Positions 61,401 through 64,000 of a stretch of 64,000 bases of DNA are shown in pieces. How positions within the stretch are numbered: the first letter of the stretch is position 1; the number at the start of each line of letters is the position of its first letter. The notes beneath the pieces were generated by a model that saw only the letters and a program-made list of their open reading frames with translations, searched no databases and was not told the origin of the DNA. This stretch comes from Cenococcum geophilum (lineage: Eukaryota). A program made the translations under genes and the position numbers. The stretch spans positions 32,116,001 to 32,180,000 of the forward strand of contig CP158635.1 of the NCBI GenBank assembly GCA_050273025.1, written 5' to 3'.

Positions 61401-64000
61401 TAATGTTTTTATATAAAGTATGCCCCTAGTATATAGTCTAATGCATCTGTTTTTATAACCGTCTTTAGACCTAGTTAATGGATCTTAAGAACTAGCTCCT
61501 GGGTAAATAACTCTTTAACTTTCTTAAATAGCTCTTACTATTCCTTTCCCTATGCCTATAGTTCTTCTTTTTTTATTAACCTTATAAATAGTTTAATGTT
61601 CTTTAACCACTGCGCTATAAACCTTCTATAGTAATTGCAAAACCCTAAAAATAATCTTAACTGTATAACGTTCTCTGGTTCTTGCTAATTTACTATAGCC
61701 TTAATCTTCTTTAGATCTATACTAAGTTGGCCTAGTTTAATAATAAATCTAATGAAATTGGTCTTTTTAATAAAGAACTTATATTTTTTAATTGCTACTA
61801 GTATTTATTTTTCCTGTAGTCCTTTTAAGACCTATTTAATATATTCCCCGTGTTCTTCCTTAGTTATTAAGTAGATAATAATATCGTTAAGATATACTAT
61901 AACAAATTTATCTAAGTGTTTTTCTAATACATTGTTAATTCGCTTCTAGAACATTGCTAGTGCGTTTATAAGCCTAAATTATATAACTAATAGTTTATAT
62001 AATCCTTCCTTTAACCTAAAGGCTGTTTTTTATTTATTACCTTCCTTAATCCTAATTTAATAGTACGCCTATCTTAGATCTATCTTCGTAAAGATTTACG
62101 CGTTACCTATCCTATTTTAGATTTCGCTAATTAAGGGTAAAGGATACTTATCCTTCCTGGTAATGCTGTTTAACTATCTATAGTTAATATATAGCCTTAG
62201 TTTGCCATTCTTCTTTAGTATAAACAGTACTGGATAACCCGCTAATAACTGCGATAGTCTAATATATCCCTTTTATAGGTTTTCTTAGATAAACTCTTTT
62301 AATACTCTACCTTCTTCTTTAGTAAGCTTATAGATTGAAAAGAACCTTAGACTTATTCCTAGTTTTAATTCTATCTTATAATCCTATATTATATACTCTA
62401 ATAACTTTTTACTTTCCGGCGACTATAGTTTCTTGCTATACTTATAGTATCTCTTTAGTATATAACTTAGTCCTTTTTCTATTTCTTTATAGGTTGCTCC
62501 TACTTAGTACTATACTAACTTAGCTTATTATCGCAATTTATGGCGTTAAATATTTTTAATATTGACCTGACCTATAACCCAATCGATTTTTAGATTATAT
62601 TCCTATAACTAAGGCATCCTTAGTACTGCCTTATTATTCCCTAATAGTAATATATTAAAAGACACCTCGATTTATCTCCCTTTAATAATTAACTAAATAG
62701 GTCCTATTTTAAAATTAATAATACCTCCTCCGTAGGCTATCGGATCTCCTAAAATTATTACTAATAGGTAAGAGTACTCCTTCTTCCTGTATGGTAACCC
62801 TATTCTTTTAACTGCTGCTAGTAAGATATAGTTCCTTATTACTCCACTATCTATTAGTGCTTTAAACTATTAATCTTACTACTTAACTTATAAATTTAGG
62901 TGTTATTCTTAAATTCCTTTAAGGGTCTAAGGCTCTACTACTAGTTCCCTTTAGTCCTATAGGCCTCTACTTTTCCTAACTATTAGCTGCTTAATCCTAT
63001 TTATACTTGGTCTAACTTAGGCCAATACTTAGTTCGCTTTTTATCTTCTATATACTATAGACACATATTCTCTAGGTATTCCCACTACTATTATCTATCT
63101 AGGCATTCTTTTATAAGGAATCTTCCTAGTTAAAGTATTAAGTCCCCTTAGGCTTATACTTCTACTAGGTGCCAACTATATATATACTTAGCGTTTCGAT
63201 ATTTCGCCTTATCTAACAACTAATATATCCTTACTAGGTACTTTTAGTTCTTGTCCTTTAGTGCTCTATATATATTACACGCATTATTTATATACGCAAT
63301 CTATGCTAATATATAATATGCTTAATGTTTTAGGTTAACTCTTGGCTCGTCTTTATCCCTAAATTTAAACTTCTCTTATGTTAATCTAAGCGTTGCGACT
63401 TTATTCGCAGGTATTATAATTTGCCTCTTGCTTCTCTAGTCCTCTAATTACTCCTCTAGATCTTTTAACGTTATGATTAAGGCTCCTTTAATGTGACTTA
63501 TTGCCTTTTCTGTAATCGGGTGGTTTTAGATAACTTTTTTATCTAACCATATATAGAAATCTTCCTATTTATTGTTATGTCTCTGCCTATACCACTTTTA
63601 GTATAGCTGTTTAAGTGTACACGGCTTATCTATAAAGAAGTATCTTCTTATTACTGCGTCGTGATAACCCTTAGTATGTCGTTCCTTAAACTTAGTTAGG
63701 ATTCCTAAATCCTCTTCGTCTTCCAGTTCGGTAAGCTATTTAGCCCTTAGTATACCTGTCCTAGGCCTATTAGTAATCCTTTATACTAGCGCTCTATCCC
63801 TTATATGTCCTAATATGCTAGATCTCTTATCTAGTTTCTATTCTTGCTATATAATAATTCTTACTCTAAATTCTTCTATAGTTTCTTTTAGTTTGCGTTT
63901 TATACTTAGATCCTTAAAGTCTTCCTACTTCTTAATCTTAGTAACGATATTTCAATCTTTAGGCTAAACACTATATTCCCTTAGTAAGTCTTCTAGGTCT
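58429..64000 (-). mobile_element. Second copy of Gypsy chromovirus family A (3' LTR 58429-58852; runs off the window)
   Basis: Reverse-complement match to 32780-34293, 36514-37121 and 44021-47491, without the nested insertions. PPT follows 58852. Confidence 0.95.
58961..59570 (+). pseudogene. Antisense Zn2Cys6-like gene carried by Gypsy A (copy 2)
   Basis: ATA(ATG)CCTAAAGCA...CCG TGT TCT CGC TGT (P-C-S-R-C) at 59048-59062; putative intron at ~59190-59244 ending CTAATTAATTTATCTTAG; then ...LAELRCSY..K*EATDA**WALKSCLTAFTRLIRLKKVRKK. Confidence 0.6.

Overview
Filamentous ascomycete (Pezizomycotina-like) genomic DNA with spliceosomal introns and strong RIP (CpA>TpA) signatures. Two GC-balanced gene islands alternate with AT-rich, RIP-degraded transposon blocks. 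Island 1 (1-5.9 kb) holds the 5' end of an SRPK-like kinase, the WD40 gene JIP5, and a DUF6606/DUF3638-type pseudogene split by a 153-bp solo LTR. Block 1 (5.9-48.2 kb) is a resolvable nest: a hAT-like relic, a Helitron-like satellite element, a CryptonF tyrosine-recombinase element, a piggyBac with a TTAT target duplication, a Copia gag fused to a Gypsy 3' half, a full hAT, and a 26-kb chromovirus that contains two other complete chromoviruses plus a solo LTR and a composite hAT-type element. Island 2 (48.2-52.8 kb) holds one apparently intact, HET-like membrane-protein gene. Block 2 (52.8-64 kb) holds an intron-rich Mutator-like element, a Tc1/mariner MITE and a second copy of the host chromovirus. 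The most unusual signals are (i) spliced antisense Cys-cluster (Zn2Cys6-like) genes in the 3' regions of two different chromovirus families, (ii) a Mutator-like element whose short introns nearly all carry repeated GYATATRC palindromes, and (iii) a hAT-type element containing an internal tip-to-tip junction of its own two ends. All family calls come from manual translation and motif recognition; no database search was run.
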